Assembly: GCA_913047795.1 (NCBI GenBank)
Contig: CAJWTS010000011.1
Coordinates: 5,232-69,231 of the forward strand
Length of the DNA: 64,000 nt
Reading direction: 5' to 3'
Source: an uncultured Verrucomicrobiota bacterium
GTDB lineage: Bacteria; Verrucomicrobiota; Kiritimatiellia; CAJWTS01
The position numbers were made by a program, and so were the translations under genes. The notes beneath the pieces were generated by a model. The model saw nothing but the letters and a program-made list of their open reading frames with translations. It did no database searches and was not told the DNA's origin. Of the stretch, positions 21,219-33,107 are shown piece after piece (the first letter of the stretch is position 1; every line of letters begins with the position of its first letter).

Positions 21219-22382
21219 TCAGAGATCCGGGTAGCGATAGATTTCACCGCGATAATTACGGAGTAGCAGGTTGCCGTTCTCCCGCCCGACGACGTACTCT
21301 GGCATGATGGGCACCTTGCCGCCGCCGCCCGGCGCATCGATCATATAGGTTGGAACGGCGTAGCCGGTCGTGAATCCGTGCAGGCTGCGGATGATCTCGA
21401 GCCCACGGTCGACCGGGGTGCGGAAATGAGAGCTGCCGGTTACGGCGTCGCATTGGTGCAGGTAGTAGGGGCGGATGCGCAGACGCACAAGGCCGTCCAT
21501 CAGGGCCCGCATCGTGGCCGGGTCGTCGTTGATGCCTGCCAGCAATACTGTCTGGTTGGCAAGCGGAATGCCGGCGTTCGTCAACCGATTGACGGCCCGC
21601 GTGACCTCCGGGGTCAGTTCGCGCGGATGCGTGAAGTGGACGCTGATCCAAAGGGGGTGATAGCGCTTGAGCATGCGGGCCAGGCCAGGCGTAAAACGCT
21701 GGGGTAGAACGGCCGGGGTTTTTGTTCCAATACGGATCAGCCGCACATGTTCGATGGCGTGCAGCTGCGCGAGTAGCCATTCCAGCTTGTCGTCGGTCAG
21801 GGTTAGCGGGTCGCCGCCGGAGATCAGGACGTCTTCGATTTCAGGATGTGATCGTATGTAGTCCAGCGCCGTCTCCCATTGCGGGATCGCCGCCGGAATT
21901 TCACCGCTGCCGACAATCCGTGAGCGGGTACAGTAGCGGCAGTACGTCGCGCAATGATCGCTCACCAGGAAGAGCGCCTTGGCGGGATAGGTGTGCACAA
22001 TCCCGTGGACCGGCGAATGTGCCTCCTCGCCGAGCGGGTCATCGTGTTCGCCGGGGGCTCGGGAATACTCCCGCATCGAGGGAATCATCGTGCGACGGAG
22101 CGGTTCATGGGGATCCGATGTTGCAAGTAGGCTCGCGTAGTAGGGCGTGATGGCGAGCGGCAGTGACCCGTTGCGCTGTCTGATCGCTTGGCGCTCGTCT
22201 TCGCTAAGCTCGAAGGCCGCCTCGAGTTGATCGAGACTGCGGTAGCGATTGCGAAGCTGCCATTGCCAGTCGCCCCAATCTCGCCGGGAGCTCGTGGGGA
22301 AATGTTGCTTACGGAATAAATCGGAACGTGTGGACATGCGAGTGGTTGTTTCAGCGGTCAATGTCGTCGTCTTGTGCGGCAC
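21219..22382 (-). CDS. KamA family radical SAM aminomutase (lysine/glutamate 2,3-aminomutase-like)
   Basis: DWQWQLRN, DPLGEE, CATYCRYCTR, ISGGDPL, PLP-lysine motif DAPGGGGKVP. Confidence 0.9.
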   Translation of the reverse strand: MPHKTTTLTAETTTRMSTRSDLFRKQHFPTSSRRDWGDWQWQLRNRYRSLDQLEAAFELSEDERQAIRQRNGSLPLAITPYYASLLATSDPHEPLRRTMIPSMREYSRAPGEHDDPLGEEAHSPVHGIVHTYPAKALFLVSDHCATYCRYCTRSRIVGSGEIPAAIPQWETALDYIRSHPEIEDVLISGGDPLTLTDDKLEWLLAQLHAIEHVRLIRIGTKTPAVLPQRFTPGLARMLKRYHPLWISVHFTHPRELTPEVTRAVNRLTNAGIPLANQTVLLAGINDDPATMRALMDGLVRLRIRPYYLHQCDAVTGSSHFRTPVDRGLEIIRSLHGFTTGYAVPTYMIDAPGGGGKVPIMPEYVVGRENGNLLLRNYRGEIYRYPDL

Positions 22383-22471
22383 GATACGGCAGCCATCGCC
22401 GACAGGCCAGACTTCTGTCGCGGCATCTCATTCTTGCTTCATCCGCGGACGGGGATAGAATACCTTCAGAA

Positions 22472-23554
<1,083 letters not shown>

Positions 23555-23708
23555 TTTCCAGGTGCGCTTTGGCTTGCTCTGACTTCTGAATCGCAGCATA
23601 CTCCGACTCTTGCCCGCCGTTCCGACGGCCAATGGCGACCGCTGGTCATAGGACGAACCATGCGCCTCTCCTCAGGCAGGATCTTCCGAATCATACGTGG
23701 GACGAGGA

Positions 23709-24716
23709 ATGGATGTAATGATGGCAAACGAGACAGACCGGGAAAAAGCATTTGAGGCGGCAATCCGCGCCGTGCGGGCGGCCTGTGCCGTCACATCGAG
23801 GGTTCAGGAAGACTTTGCTGATGATCATCGCGTGCTTAAGGCCGATCAAAGTCCCGTCACAACGGCGGACTACGCGGCGCAGGTCGTTATCTGCTCTGTT
23901 TTGGCCGAGGCCTTTCCGGATCTGCCCATGATCAGCGAGGAAAGCGCGGACGAACTCGCTGCGCTCGAAGACGACACGTTGCGCGATCTTGTGCTCGAGT
24001 ATGCGCAGACTGCCATTCCCGGACTGACAGGAGACCAGGTGTATGCCTTCCTGGATCACGATGACGGAATCGGCGCGTCGCGTTCGTGGATTCTCGATCC
24101 GGTTGACGGGACGAAGGGATTCATTCGCGGCGATCAATACGCAATCGCGCTGGCGTTGTACGAGGAGGGGCAGATCGAAATGGGCATTCTGGGCTGTCCG
24201 CGGTACGCGACTGGCGCGAGGAGCGAAGGCCTGATCATTGCGGCGCGGCGTGGAGCAGGCACGGTGTGCATGAATGTGGACGAGGACCGTCCGCGTGCCG
24301 TGAAGGTTCAGGACACCACGACCGCTGCGGCTTCGATTGTTGCGCGCAGCGTCGAGTCCGCGCATTCGAGCTTTGGAATCACTGACCAGCTCAAGTCCGA
24401 GTTAAATATTGTGGCAACGGATGTTTACATGGACGGACAGGGGAAATACGGCGCGGTAGCCGTCGGCGATGCGACCATGTATCTTCGGATTCCACGGCCG
24501 GGCGCGACACGTAAAGAAAATATATGGGATCACGCCGCCGGCGTGATTGTGGTCGAGGAGGCCGGCGGTCGCGTGACGGATATCTTGGGCGAGACGATAG
24601 CCTTTTCGCATGGGGCGAAGCTGGAGCGGAACACCGGCATCCTGGCGACCAACGGGGCGATACACGACGAGGTGCTGTCGGAGCTTAAGCGACTCTACGC
24701 CGCCGCCTCAGAATGA
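23709..24716 (+). CDS. 3'(2'),5'-bisphosphate nucleotidase, HAL2/SAL1-like (inositol monophosphatase family)
   Basis: KADQSPVTTADY, SEES, WILDPVDGTKGF, ENIWDHAAG. Confidence 0.88.
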   Translation: MDVMMANETDREKAFEAAIRAVRAACAVTSRVQEDFADDHRVLKADQSPVTTADYAAQVVICSVLAEAFPDLPMISEESADELAALEDDTLRDLVLEYAQTAIPGLTGDQVYAFLDHDDGIGASRSWILDPVDGTKGFIRGDQYAIALALYEEGQIEMGILGCPRYATGARSEGLIIAARRGAGTVCMNVDEDRPRAVKVQDTTTAAASIVARSVESAHSSFGITDQLKSELNIVATDVYMDGQGKYGAVAVGDATMYLRIPRPGATRKENIWDHAAGVIVVEEAGGRVTDILGETIAFSHGAKLERNTGILATNGAIHDEVLSELKRLYAAASE

Positions 24717-24859
24717 TGCGACTGGCTGTCAGGCTTTTCGTGGCCTGTTCGACGGTGCGGTCAAATTAAGGAGATTCTTCTCCGCCTTCCATTAACGGGC
24801 TTGCCAGCCGCGAACTTGGAAGCGAAATTGTGGGGAGTTTGGAGCAATTCGGGCTGTTT

Positions 24860-24884
24860 AAATAGGGATAAATATAACCTATTT
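24860..24884. promoter_or_regulatory. palindrome AAATAGG-N11-CCTATTT, candidate Rrf2 operator
   Basis: Perfect 7-bp arms in the AT-rich leader of the Rrf2-suf operon. Confidence 0.5.
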
Positions 24885-24913
24885 CCCGATTGTCAGGCCT
24901 ATTTTCACCTGCT

Positions 24914-24930
24914 ACTCTCATATTGAGAGT
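24914..24930. promoter_or_regulatory. palindrome ACTCTCA-TAT-TGAGAGT
   Basis: Perfect 7-3-7 inverted repeat 28 bp before the Rrf2 ATG. Confidence 0.45.
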
Positions 24931-24958
24931 CCTATTCGCTGACTCCACGGAGACGTCA

Positions 24959-25450
24959 ATGGTCAGAATCACTAGAGATATGGAATACGCGCTGATCGCC
25001 CTGCAATACCTGCAGTCCGAATACCCGGGCAAATTAACGTCTGTGAGGCGTATTTGCGATGCCCACGACCTGCCGTTTGATGCCACGTCGCACGTGTTAC
25101 AGCGGCTGAAGCAAGCCGGCGTGGTTCGCTCGCAACAGGGGGTGAACGGCGGGTACCAAATTGTCAAAGATCTGGCGCTGGTATCCTATTATGACCTGCT
25201 CGAGGTGGTCGGAGACCAGATAAAGATAGCATCTTGCCTGGCCGAAAACTGCACCTGCCATCTCGTGAAGTCATGCAATATTATTTCACCGATCATTAGC
25301 CTGAACGATCGTCTGGCCGAGTTCTACCGTGGGATCATGATAAAGGAATTGCTTGATGTTCGCTCGGCCGAAGAGGATCTGATCCGGGATCGGTTCGCCG
25401 TTGTGTCCGCCGACCGGGACGATGTACCGGCTGCGAAGGAGCACAGGTAA
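24959..25450 (+). CDS. Rrf2 family transcriptional regulator (IscR/SufR-like)
   Basis: [18 protein letters not shown], Cys cluster [14 protein letters not shown]; heads the suf operon. Confidence 0.9.
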   Translation: MVRITRDMEYALIALQYLQSEYPGKLTSVRRICDAHDLPFDATSHVLQRLKQAGVVRSQQGVNGGYQIVKDLALVSYYDLLEVVGDQIKIASCLAENCTCHLVKSCNIISPIISLNDRLAEFYRGIMIKELLDVRSAEEDLIRDRFAVVSADRDDVPAAKEHR

Positions 25451-25451
25451 T

Positions 25452-26897
25452 ATGCCGACGGGCGTAGAGAGTGAAAGCAAGCTTGCGCAGGGCTATCGGT
25501 TCGGGTTTGTGTCGGACATCGAGACTGAAACGGTTCCCAAGGGACTGAATGAGGGGATTGTGCGGTTCATTTCTGAGAAGAAGAAAGAACCGCAGTGGCT
25601 ACTCGACTACAGACTGAAGGCGCTCAAGCATTTTCTAACCCTGGATCCACCGGCCTGGGCGCATGTTGACTATCCACCGGTCGACTTCCAGGACATTCGC
25701 TACTACGCCGCGCCAAAATCGCAGGCCGATGGTCCGAAAAGCCTCGCGGATGTCGATGAGGAGTTGCTGGATACCTTCGATCGCCTCGGTATTCCGCTCG
25801 GCGAGCGCGAGCGGTTGGCCGGCGTCGCGGTCGATGCGGTCTTCGATAGTGTGTCCGTGGCGACCACGCACAAGGAAATGCTGGGCGAGCAGGGAATCAT
25901 TTTCTGCTCGTTTTCCGAGGCCGTGCAGGAACATCCGGACCTCGTGCGGGAGAACCTGGGCTCTGTGGTGCCGCACACGGACAACTTCTACGCAGCGCTG
26001 AACGCAGCCGTGTTTACGGACGGGTCGTTTTGCTACATCCCGCGTGACGTGCACTGCCCGGTGGATTTATCCACGTATTTCCGCATCAATGCAGCGGAGA
26101 CCGGTCAGTTTGAACGTACCTTGATCATTGCTGAAGCCGGAAGCCGGGTTTCCTACCTCGAAGGCTGTACGGCACCGATGCGGGATGAGAATCAACTGCA
26201 TGCGGCCGTTGTCGAATTGCTCGCCAAGGACGACGCCGAGATCAAGTACTCCACCGTGCAGAACTGGTACGGCGGGGACGAGCAGGGCCGTGGTGGTATC
26301 TATAATTTCGTAACCAAGCGGGGGAAATGCGCCGGAAAGCGGTCGAAGATCTCGTGGACCCAGGTCGAGGCTGGCTCGGCCATCACCTGGAAGTACCCCA
26401 GCTGCATTCTTCAGGGGGATGATTCGGTGGGTGAATTCTATTCGGTGGCGCTGACAAACAACAGGATGCAGGCCGACACGGGTACAAAAATGATTCATAT
26501 CGGACGCAACACCCGCAGCAGGATCGTCTCCAAGGGGATTTCCGCTGATGAATCGGCGAACAGCTATCGCGGGTTGGTAAAGGTTTTGCCGGGAGCAACC
26601 AACGCGCGCAATCACTCGCAATGCGACTCGATGCTCGTCGGGAACAATTGCAGTGCGAACACCTTTCCGTATCTCGAGATCGCGAATAATACGGCCCACG
26701 TTGAGCATGAAGCCACGACCTCCCGCATTAGTGCTGACCAGATGTTCTACCTGCAGTCGCGCGGACTCGATGCCGAGGCCGCCGTCTCATTGCTGGTGAA
26801 CGGATTTTGCAAAGAGGTGTTTAAGGAGTTGCCGCTCGAATTTTCGGTCGAAGCGGTGAAGCTGCTTGAGATGAAGTTGGAAGGCAGCGTCGGTTGA
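25452..26897 (+). CDS. sufB: Fe-S cluster assembly protein SufB
   Basis: [46 protein letters not shown]. Confidence 0.97.
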   Translation: MPTGVESESKLAQGYRFGFVSDIETETVPKGLNEGIVRFISEKKKEPQWLLDYRLKALKHFLTLDPPAWAHVDYPPVDFQDIRYYAAPKSQADGPKSLADVDEELLDTFDRLGIPLGERERLAGVAVDAVFDSVSVATTHKEMLGEQGIIFCSFSEAVQEHPDLVRENLGSVVPHTDNFYAALNAAVFTDGSFCYIPRDVHCPVDLSTYFRINAAETGQFERTLIIAEAGSRVSYLEGCTAPMRDENQLHAAVVELLAKDDAEIKYSTVQNWYGGDEQGRGGIYNFVTKRGKCAGKRSKISWTQVEAGSAITWKYPSCILQGDDSVGEFYSVALTNNRMQADTGTKMIHIGRNTRSRIVSKGISADESANSYRGLVKVLPGATNARNHSQCDSMLVGNNCSANTFPYLEIANNTAHVEHEATTSRISADQMFYLQSRGLDAEAAVSLLVNGFCKEVFKELPLEFSVEAVKLLEMKLEGSVG

Positions 26898-26918
26898 TTC
26901 GGCGCAGAAGGAGTCGAC

Positions 26919-27674
26919 ATGTTACAGATTAAGGATTTGGAAGCGCGCGTTGTCGATGGCGCTCCAATTCTCAAAGGTATTTCGCTGACCATTAAGGCGG
27001 GTGAGGTCCATGCAATCATGGGGCCGAACGGCTCGGGCAAGAGCACGCTTTCAAAGATTGTTGCCGGTCATCCCGACTACGAGGTGACGAGCGGAACGAT
27101 CGAATACGAGTTCAATCGCAAGCCGAAGGATCTGTTGACGATGGCGCCGGAGGACCGGGCGCGCGAAGGCGTTTTTATGGCCTTTCAATACCCGGTCGAG
27201 ATTCCGGGGGTTAGCAATTCCGTGTTTCTGCGGGCGGCGTTCAATGAAATTTGTCGTTACCAGGGCGTCGAGGAAATGGATCCGATCGACTTCGACACGT
27301 TTTTGAAGGAGAAGATGAAACTGCTCGAGATGGATCCTGCGTTCGTCGATCGCTACGTCAATGTCGACTTTTCCGGCGGAGAGAAAAAGCGCAACGAGAT
27401 CCTTCAGATGGCGATCATGTCCCCACGCCTGTCGTTCCTCGACGAGACGGACTCGGGCCTCGACGTAGATTCCATGCGGATCGTGGCGGACGGCGTCAAC
27501 AAGTTGCGTTCGGAGCACAACGCGATCGTCCTGATTACGCACTACCAGCGTCTGCTCAACTACATCAAACCGGATGTCGTGCACGTGATCTGCGACGGGC
27601 GAATCGTCCGCAGTGCCGGTCCGGAACTAGCGCTCGAGGTTGAAGAGCGTGGATACGACTGGCTCGCTGCCTAA
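26919..27674 (+). CDS. sufC: Fe-S cluster assembly ATPase SufC
   Basis: GPNGSGKST, AFQYPVEIPGV, FSGGEKKRNEILQ, LDETDSGLD, ITHYQRLL. Confidence 0.97.
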   Translation: MLQIKDLEARVVDGAPILKGISLTIKAGEVHAIMGPNGSGKSTLSKIVAGHPDYEVTSGTIEYEFNRKPKDLLTMAPEDRAREGVFMAFQYPVEIPGVSNSVFLRAAFNEICRYQGVEEMDPIDFDTFLKEKMKLLEMDPAFVDRYVNVDFSGGEKKRNEILQMAIMSPRLSFLDETDSGLDVDSMRIVADGVNKLRSEHNAIVLITHYQRLLNYIKPDVVHVICDGRIVRSAGPELALEVEERGYDWLAA

Positions 27675-27715
27675 ACCGCGGGGTGGCCGCGCGAGTGGCC
27701 GGCGGGTCCTTTGTC

Positions 27716-29023
27716 ATGAATGTTTCTTCTGTATACGAGGCCGTGACCGCACGTCGAAACGGCGCGGCTCCGGATTGGTGGCGCAGGTTGCGTGCCGAGG
27801 GGCTTGAGCGCTTCGAGTATCTTGGGTTGCCAACGGTACGTGATGAGGAGTGGAAGTATACGAACGTTCGCACGATCGCCGATACCGAATTTGGACTGTG
27901 CGGAAGTGTTGGTGAAGCTGACCTTAACGTCTTCGCGACGCAACGTACGCAGGGCATCGCGGAGCTTGTCTTTGTCGACGGGCTATATTCTGCCGAGGCG
28001 AGTCGCCTGGATACGTTGCCGGAAGGGATTCGGGTTGACCGGTTCGAAGACGCGCTTGATCGCGATCCGGACCGTCTGCAGGCTTGCCTGACCCGCGCAG
28101 CCGTTTCGGATGCGGATGCCTTTACTTCTCTAAACATCGCACTGCTTGATAACGGCGTGCTGATTCGGGCGGATGCGGACGCGACCTGCACCACGCCGAT
28201 TCAACTGACCTTCATCACGACCGCCGCGGCGGAACACGCGTTAATGTCGCCGCGTGTACTGATCGATGCGGGGATCAACAGCCGCCTGGCAGTGGTCGAG
28301 AGTCATGTCTCGCAGACCGATGCTTCCTACATGACCAACCATTTGACGGATATCTTAATCGGACGTGGCGGTCAGGTGGAATACTGCCTGCTACAGTCGC
28401 AGGGCTCCGCCGCGGTGCATGTGGGCACAACGCGTGTCTGGCAGGAGGCCGACTCACGGCTTGAAGCTTTTGCGCTCGAGACCGGCGCAGCGCTGGGTCG
28501 GCAGAACCTTGTCATTCAGATCGAAGGCGCGGGCGCGCATGCGTCGCTCGACGGAATCTACCTGCTGCACGAGGGGCAGCATCTCGATAACCACACCTCC
28601 GTGGTGCATCACCAGCCGAGTTGTACCAGTGATCAACTGTATAAAGGCATACTCAACGGGGCATCACGCGCGGTATTCAACGGCAAGATTTTCGTGGAGC
28701 GGGACGCCCAGATGACCAACGCGTACCAGCTCAATCGCAACTTATTGCTTCACCCGAAAGCGAAGGTAGATACGAAGCCACAGCTTGAGATCTATGCGGA
28801 TGACGTGCGGTGCACCCACGGGGCGACGATTGGACAACTCGACGACGAAGAGATCTTTTATCTCCGCAGTCGCGGAATCGAGGAGACATCCGCGATCACA
28901 ATGCTGGCACGTGGCTTTGCAGCCGAAGTTCTCGGCCGCGTATCCGGCGAGGAAACCGTCAAGATGCTGAAGGGTTGCCTTGATGGATACTTTTTCGAAT
29001 ATGCGCGTCGCGGGGACGCTTGA
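27716..29023 (+). CDS. sufD: Fe-S cluster assembly protein SufD
   Basis: EEWKYT, RAVFNGKIFV, TKPQLEIYADDVRCTHGATIG, FYLRSRGI. Confidence 0.95.
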   Translation: MNVSSVYEAVTARRNGAAPDWWRRLRAEGLERFEYLGLPTVRDEEWKYTNVRTIADTEFGLCGSVGEADLNVFATQRTQGIAELVFVDGLYSAEASRLDTLPEGIRVDRFEDALDRDPDRLQACLTRAAVSDADAFTSLNIALLDNGVLIRADADATCTTPIQLTFITTAAAEHALMSPRVLIDAGINSRLAVVESHVSQTDASYMTNHLTDILIGRGGQVEYCLLQSQGSAAVHVGTTRVWQEADSRLEAFALETGAALGRQNLVIQIEGAGAHASLDGIYLLHEGQHLDNHTSVVHHQPSCTSDQLYKGILNGASRAVFNGKIFVERDAQMTNAYQLNRNLLLHPKAKVDTKPQLEIYADDVRCTHGATIGQLDDEEIFYLRSRGIEETSAITMLARGFAAEVLGRVSGEETVKMLKGCLDGYFFEYARRGDA

Positions 29024-29063
29024 CGGGAATGGAGGGGTGTTTTGGGGCTCCGGGACGATTTGA

Positions 29064-30314
29064 ATGAGTACGACGATAGAACAAATGAATCGGGTTAGCT
29101 TCGACGCCGATCGAATCCGTGCCGATTTTCCGGCCGCGACACGGACCGTTCACGATGGCCGGCGCCTGGTGTATTTGGACAACGCCGCGACGACACTCAA
29201 GCCGCGTGTCGTGGTGGACGCCCTGGCGGAACATATGCTGTTGGGTGCCTCAAACGTTCATCGCGGATTGCACTATCTTAGTGAGCGCGCAACGGAAGCC
29301 TACGAGGCGGCGCGCGACAGCGTCTGCGACTTCATTCATGCGGCGGCGCGCGAAGAAATTGTCTTTACGAACGGAACAACCGCCGCGATCAACCTGGTTG
29401 CGCATTCGTTCGGATCCCTGCTCGGCGAAGGCGATGAGATCGTTGTTTCGCAGATGGAGCACCATTCCAACATCGTGCCGTGGCAGCTCCTATGTGAACG
29501 GCGCGGGTGTGTTTTGCGCGTGGCGCCGATCGACAAGAACGGAGAACTGATCCTGGATGCCTACCGCGACATGCTGAGCGATCGCACGCGTCTGGTCTCG
29601 ATGGTCTACGTCTCGAACTCGTTGGGAACCGTGAACCCGATCGAAGAGATTATCGCCGGCGCGCATGCCGTCGGAGCAAAGGTTCTGGTCGACGCCGCGC
29701 AGGCGGTTGCGACGAGGGCGATTGATGTGCAGGCATTGGATTGTGATTTTCTGGCGTTCTCGGCGCATAAACTCTTTGGGCCGACGGGCGTCGGCGTGCT
29801 CTACGGTAAGCAGGTGCATCTCGAAGCGATGCCGCCGTTTTTGGGCGGTGGTGACATGATCGCATCGGTGCGCTTTGAGAAAACGGAGTACAATCGGCTG
29901 CCGTACAAATTCGAGGCGGGAACCGGTAATATTGGCGGCGTGATTGCTCTTAAGCCGGCGATCGATTACGTGAGCGCGATCGGCTTTGACGCCATTCAGG
30001 CCCACGAGCAGGATTTGCTCACCTACGCCACGGACGTACTGCGGGGTCATGAGGGTCTGCGCCTGATCGGCACGGCGCGCGAAAAGGCCGCGATTGTATC
30101 ATTCCTTGTGGGGGAGGTGCATGCGCACGATGTTGGCTCGATCCTGGACCAGGAGGGAGTCGCGATTCGGGCCGGTCATCATTGCACCCAGCCGGTCATG
30201 GAGTTTTTCGAAGTTCCGGCTACGGCGCGCGCTTCGTTTTCGATCTATAATACGCGCGAAGACGTAGATGCGTTGTCCTTGGCCGTGCGCAAGGTGGAGG
30301 AACTGTTTGAATGA
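29064..30314 (+). CDS. sufS: cysteine desulfurase SufS
   Basis: YLDNAATT, MEHHSNIVPW, FSAHK (PLP Lys), RAGHHC. Confidence 0.96.
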   Translation: MSTTIEQMNRVSFDADRIRADFPAATRTVHDGRRLVYLDNAATTLKPRVVVDALAEHMLLGASNVHRGLHYLSERATEAYEAARDSVCDFIHAAAREEIVFTNGTTAAINLVAHSFGSLLGEGDEIVVSQMEHHSNIVPWQLLCERRGCVLRVAPIDKNGELILDAYRDMLSDRTRLVSMVYVSNSLGTVNPIEEIIAGAHAVGAKVLVDAAQAVATRAIDVQALDCDFLAFSAHKLFGPTGVGVLYGKQVHLEAMPPFLGGGDMIASVRFEKTEYNRLPYKFEAGTGNIGGVIALKPAIDYVSAIGFDAIQAHEQDLLTYATDVLRGHEGLRLIGTAREKAAIVSFLVGEVHAHDVGSILDQEGVAIRAGHHCTQPVMEFFEVPATARASFSIYNTREDVDALSLAVRKVEELFE

Positions 30315-30763
30315 GCGCCCTCGACGAGTTGTACCAGCAGGTGATCATCGAGCACAATCGTAAGCCGCGGAATTTTCGTGTGATCGAGAATGCGACGTAC
30401 GTCGCCGAAGGCTTCAATCCTATCTGTGGCGATCATTTTCATATCTACATCGTCGTGGGTGACGATGGCTGCATTGAGGACGTTGCGTTTGACGGAAAGG
30501 GTTGTGCGATTTCGAAGGCGTCGGCATCCATGATGACTCAGGCGCTGATCGGAAAGTCGGAGATCGAAGCGCGACAACTCTTCGCGGAGTTCAATTCCCT
30601 GGCGAAGGGCGACCTCGATCCCGATAAGGATGATAATACGCTGGGCAAGTTGGCTGTGTTTAGCGGGATCTGGAAGTTTCCAGCCCGTGTAAAATGCGCT
30701 GTGCTCGCCTGGCATACCGCCACCAGCGCATTGGACGAGGTCGACATTGTGTCGACCGAGTAG
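30311..30763 (+). CDS. sufU: SUF system NifU-family sulfur-transfer protein SufU
   Basis: LYQQVII, NPICGD, GCAISKASAS, RVKCAVLAW. Confidence 0.93.
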   Translation: MSALDELYQQVIIEHNRKPRNFRVIENATYVAEGFNPICGDHFHIYIVVGDDGCIEDVAFDGKGCAISKASASMMTQALIGKSEIEARQLFAEFNSLAKGDLDPDKDDNTLGKLAVFSGIWKFPARVKCAVLAWHTATSALDEVDIVSTE

Positions 30764-30785
30764 AGAAGACTGCTCGCGTCGCGAG

Positions 30786-31277
30786 CTACTTCTTGCTCGA
30801 GCCTTCCTTCTTGCCTGTGGCCGGCTTGTGGAGATAGGCGTCGTGAAATTCCGTCAACAGGCCGCGAAGTTTCCTCACGTGCGAGACCTCCGTTGTCTGC
30901 TTGGCTTTCATCGAATGCACTAACATCTGGTGGAGAAACGAGAGCTTGTTGAGGTAGGCCTCTTTTTCGGCACCGTTGGCCGGCTTGATGCGTTGCTGCA
31001 GGAAGTAGGAGGTCACGATGTCGGCGATATGATCCGCATGTTTTTCCTTGTTCTGAACCCAGCGCGCGATCTGGTTCTGGTTTTTCGTCGGATCAGTCGA
31101 AAGTTCCTCGATCTTCGTCATCGATTTTTCGATCGTTCGCAGATCTTCCTCGATGGCGGCGAATCGTGCTTCATCTCCGTAGATACCACAGGGAATTTGG
31201 CAATGGGCGAGGGCGTAGCCGGTGCCGAGGACGGCCGTGGCGGCGGCAATTGAAAGTAGACGGTGTACGTTTTTCAT
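30786..31277 (-). CDS. sodN: nickel superoxide dismutase with signal peptide
   Basis: Ni-hook HCQIPCGIY immediately after an A-L-A cleavage motif; NQIARWVQNKEKHA; YFLQQRIK. Confidence 0.92.
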   Translation of the reverse strand: MKNVHRLLSIAAATAVLGTGYALAHCQIPCGIYGDEARFAAIEEDLRTIEKSMTKIEELSTDPTKNQNQIARWVQNKEKHADHIADIVTSYFLQQRIKPANGAEKEAYLNKLSFLHQMLVHSMKAKQTTEVSHVRKLRGLLTEFHDAYLHKPATGKKEGSSKK

Positions 31278-31331
31278 GGTCGTTATTCCTTTGGGTCTCG
31301 TTTGGGTTGCGTAATGCGGGCGTCCCGCCGG

Positions 31332-33107
31332 TCAGACAGGGATCGGTTCCGTCGCATCGGATTTTGTCACACAGCGACTCACCTTCTGCACGCTGATGCA
31401 TCCGGTCGGGCAGACCTCGAGGCAGGCATTGCAGCGGATGCAGTCGTTCTGATTGATGAAATACTCGTCGTTGTAGCTGTCGGTGCCCTTGTTGTTGCCG
31501 AACTCTACGATGCGTCCGTCAGGGTCCAACTCCAGCGACGGGGTGCGTACGATGCAATCCGGGCGAGGTTTGACTACGATGCATTGGTCGCACTGAATGC
31601 AGCGGGAATTATCAATCTCATATTTATAATAGCAAAGATAACACCGCGCGGATTCCTCCTTCGCCGCGGACTCCTCGTAGCCCTGTTCGACCTCATTTGT
31701 GAGGTCTCGTGCTTCGAGCGGCAGGGTGGGCATATCGTGCAAATCGACAAGGTCCATTTCGCGCGTACGGGGAAACTCGCGGCCGTCCTCGACATAGGCG
31801 ACTTCCTGCATACGACGATTGCCCATCAGGTAGGTGTCGACGTCGAGCGCACACTGTTTCCCATGCGCAATCGCTTCGATGAGCGTGGCGGCCCCCGTTG
31901 AGAAATCGCCGGCCGCGAAGATCTGCTCCAGGGCGGTCTTCTGTCCGGGACTGCTCAGTAGCCATTCGTCGTCGCCGACGAGCTTGCGATAGAGATCCTT
32001 GTCGATGAAATCGGTTTTGGGGAATTGGCCCGTGGCAAGCAGGATGATGTCGGCGGGCACATCGAACTCGCTTCCTTCGATTTCGATCGGCCGGCGCCGG
32101 CCACTCTCATCCGGTTCGCCGAGTTCGGTCTTGATAAAGCGCATGGCCTTGATGTGTCCATTCTCGCCGATGTACTCTTTAGGCGAGACCATGAAATCCA
32201 TCGGAATGCCTTCGACTTCGAGTTCTTCCAACTCGCCGGGTGTGATCAGCATCTCGTTGACCGAACGCCGATAGCAAACACGAATCTGCTTGGCGCCGAG
32301 CCGGTAGGCCGTGCGCGAACAGTCCATGGCGGTGAAGCCACCGCCGATCACAAGCAGGTTGTCACCGACGGGTGCTTTGTCGTTTTCGTTTGCTTCAAGC
32401 AGCCACGGGATTCCGTGGTAAATGCCTTCTAGGTCGGCACCGGGTAGCCGAAGGTAATTCTCTCGCAACGTGCCGCAGGCCATCACCACTGCGTCCTGCG
32501 TATCGAGGAGTTCGCGCATCGTGATATCAATGCCGATGCTCGTGTTGCAAATGATTTCCACGCCCTGGCGACGCACCTGGTCGATCTCGCGATCGATGTG
32601 CTCGCGCGGGAGCCGAAATTCGGGGATGCCCTGGTTCATCATGCCGCCGGGCTTGTTGTGTTTCTCGTAGACGGTGGGGGTGTGGCCCATCATGGAAAGG
32701 TTGCGCGCGCAGGCCAGGCCCGCGGGGCCGGCGCCGATGATGGCGATCTTCTTCCCGGTTTCGGGGTACAGACGGTCGAATACGACGATATCTTCGGACT
32801 TCAGATCGGAGGCGGCACGTTTGGAGAAGCATATCGCCAACGAGTCGCCGAGGCCGTCCCAACCGTGGCGGCAGGTTTCTTCGCAGGGCCGGGAGCAGAC
32901 ACGTCCAAGTACAGCCGGGAAAACGTTGTCACGCAGGTTGATCCGGTACGCTTCGTCGAACTCTCCGCGATAGATCGCGCCGAGGTATCCCGGAATATCC
33001 GTGTGGGCGGGACAGCTTTCCTGGCAGGGAATATTTTTGGCGACCCAGTCAAGGTCTCGCGGATCGCTCGCGATTCCCTCGGGTTGAGTTAAGGCACGTT
33101 CAAGCAT
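31332..33107 (-). CDS. GltD/NfnB/DsrL-like NAD(P)H-dependent Fe-S flavoprotein with C-terminal ferredoxin domain
   Basis: PCQESCP, LGRVCSRPCE, GAGPAGL, GIPEFRLP, GGGFTAMD, YRRS; C-terminal RCYLC, CIQCDQC and CIRCNACLEVCP. Confidence 0.85.
   Translation of the reverse strand: MLERALTQPEGIASDPRDLDWVAKNIPCQESCPAHTDIPGYLGAIYRGEFDEAYRINLRDNVFPAVLGRVCSRPCEETCRHGWDGLGDSLAICFSKRAASDLKSEDIVVFDRLYPETGKKIAIIGAGPAGLACARNLSMMGHTPTVYEKHNKPGGMMNQGIPEFRLPREHIDREIDQVRRQGVEIICNTSIGIDITMRELLDTQDAVVMACGTLRENYLRLPGADLEGIYHGIPWLLEANENDKAPVGDNLLVIGGGFTAMDCSRTAYRLGAKQIRVCYRRSVNEMLITPGELEELEVEGIPMDFMVSPKEYIGENGHIKAMRFIKTELGEPDESGRRRPIEIEGSEFDVPADIILLATGQFPKTDFIDKDLYRKLVGDDEWLLSSPGQKTALEQIFAAGDFSTGAATLIEAIAHGKQCALDVDTYLMGNRRMQEVAYVEDGREFPRTREMDLVDLHDMPTLPLEARDLTNEVEQGYEESAAKEESARCYLCYYKYEIDNSRCIQCDQCIVVKPRPDCIVRTPSLELDPDGRIVEFGNNKGTDSYNDEYFINQNDCIRCNACLEVCPTGCISVQKVSRCVTKSDATEPIPV

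Noticed and set aside
31332..33107. Calling this gene gltD or dsrL
   Set aside because: No gltB large subunit or dsr genes are adjacent, and the first C-terminal ferredoxin motif is atypical (CxxCxxCxxxKP). It is left as a family-level call.
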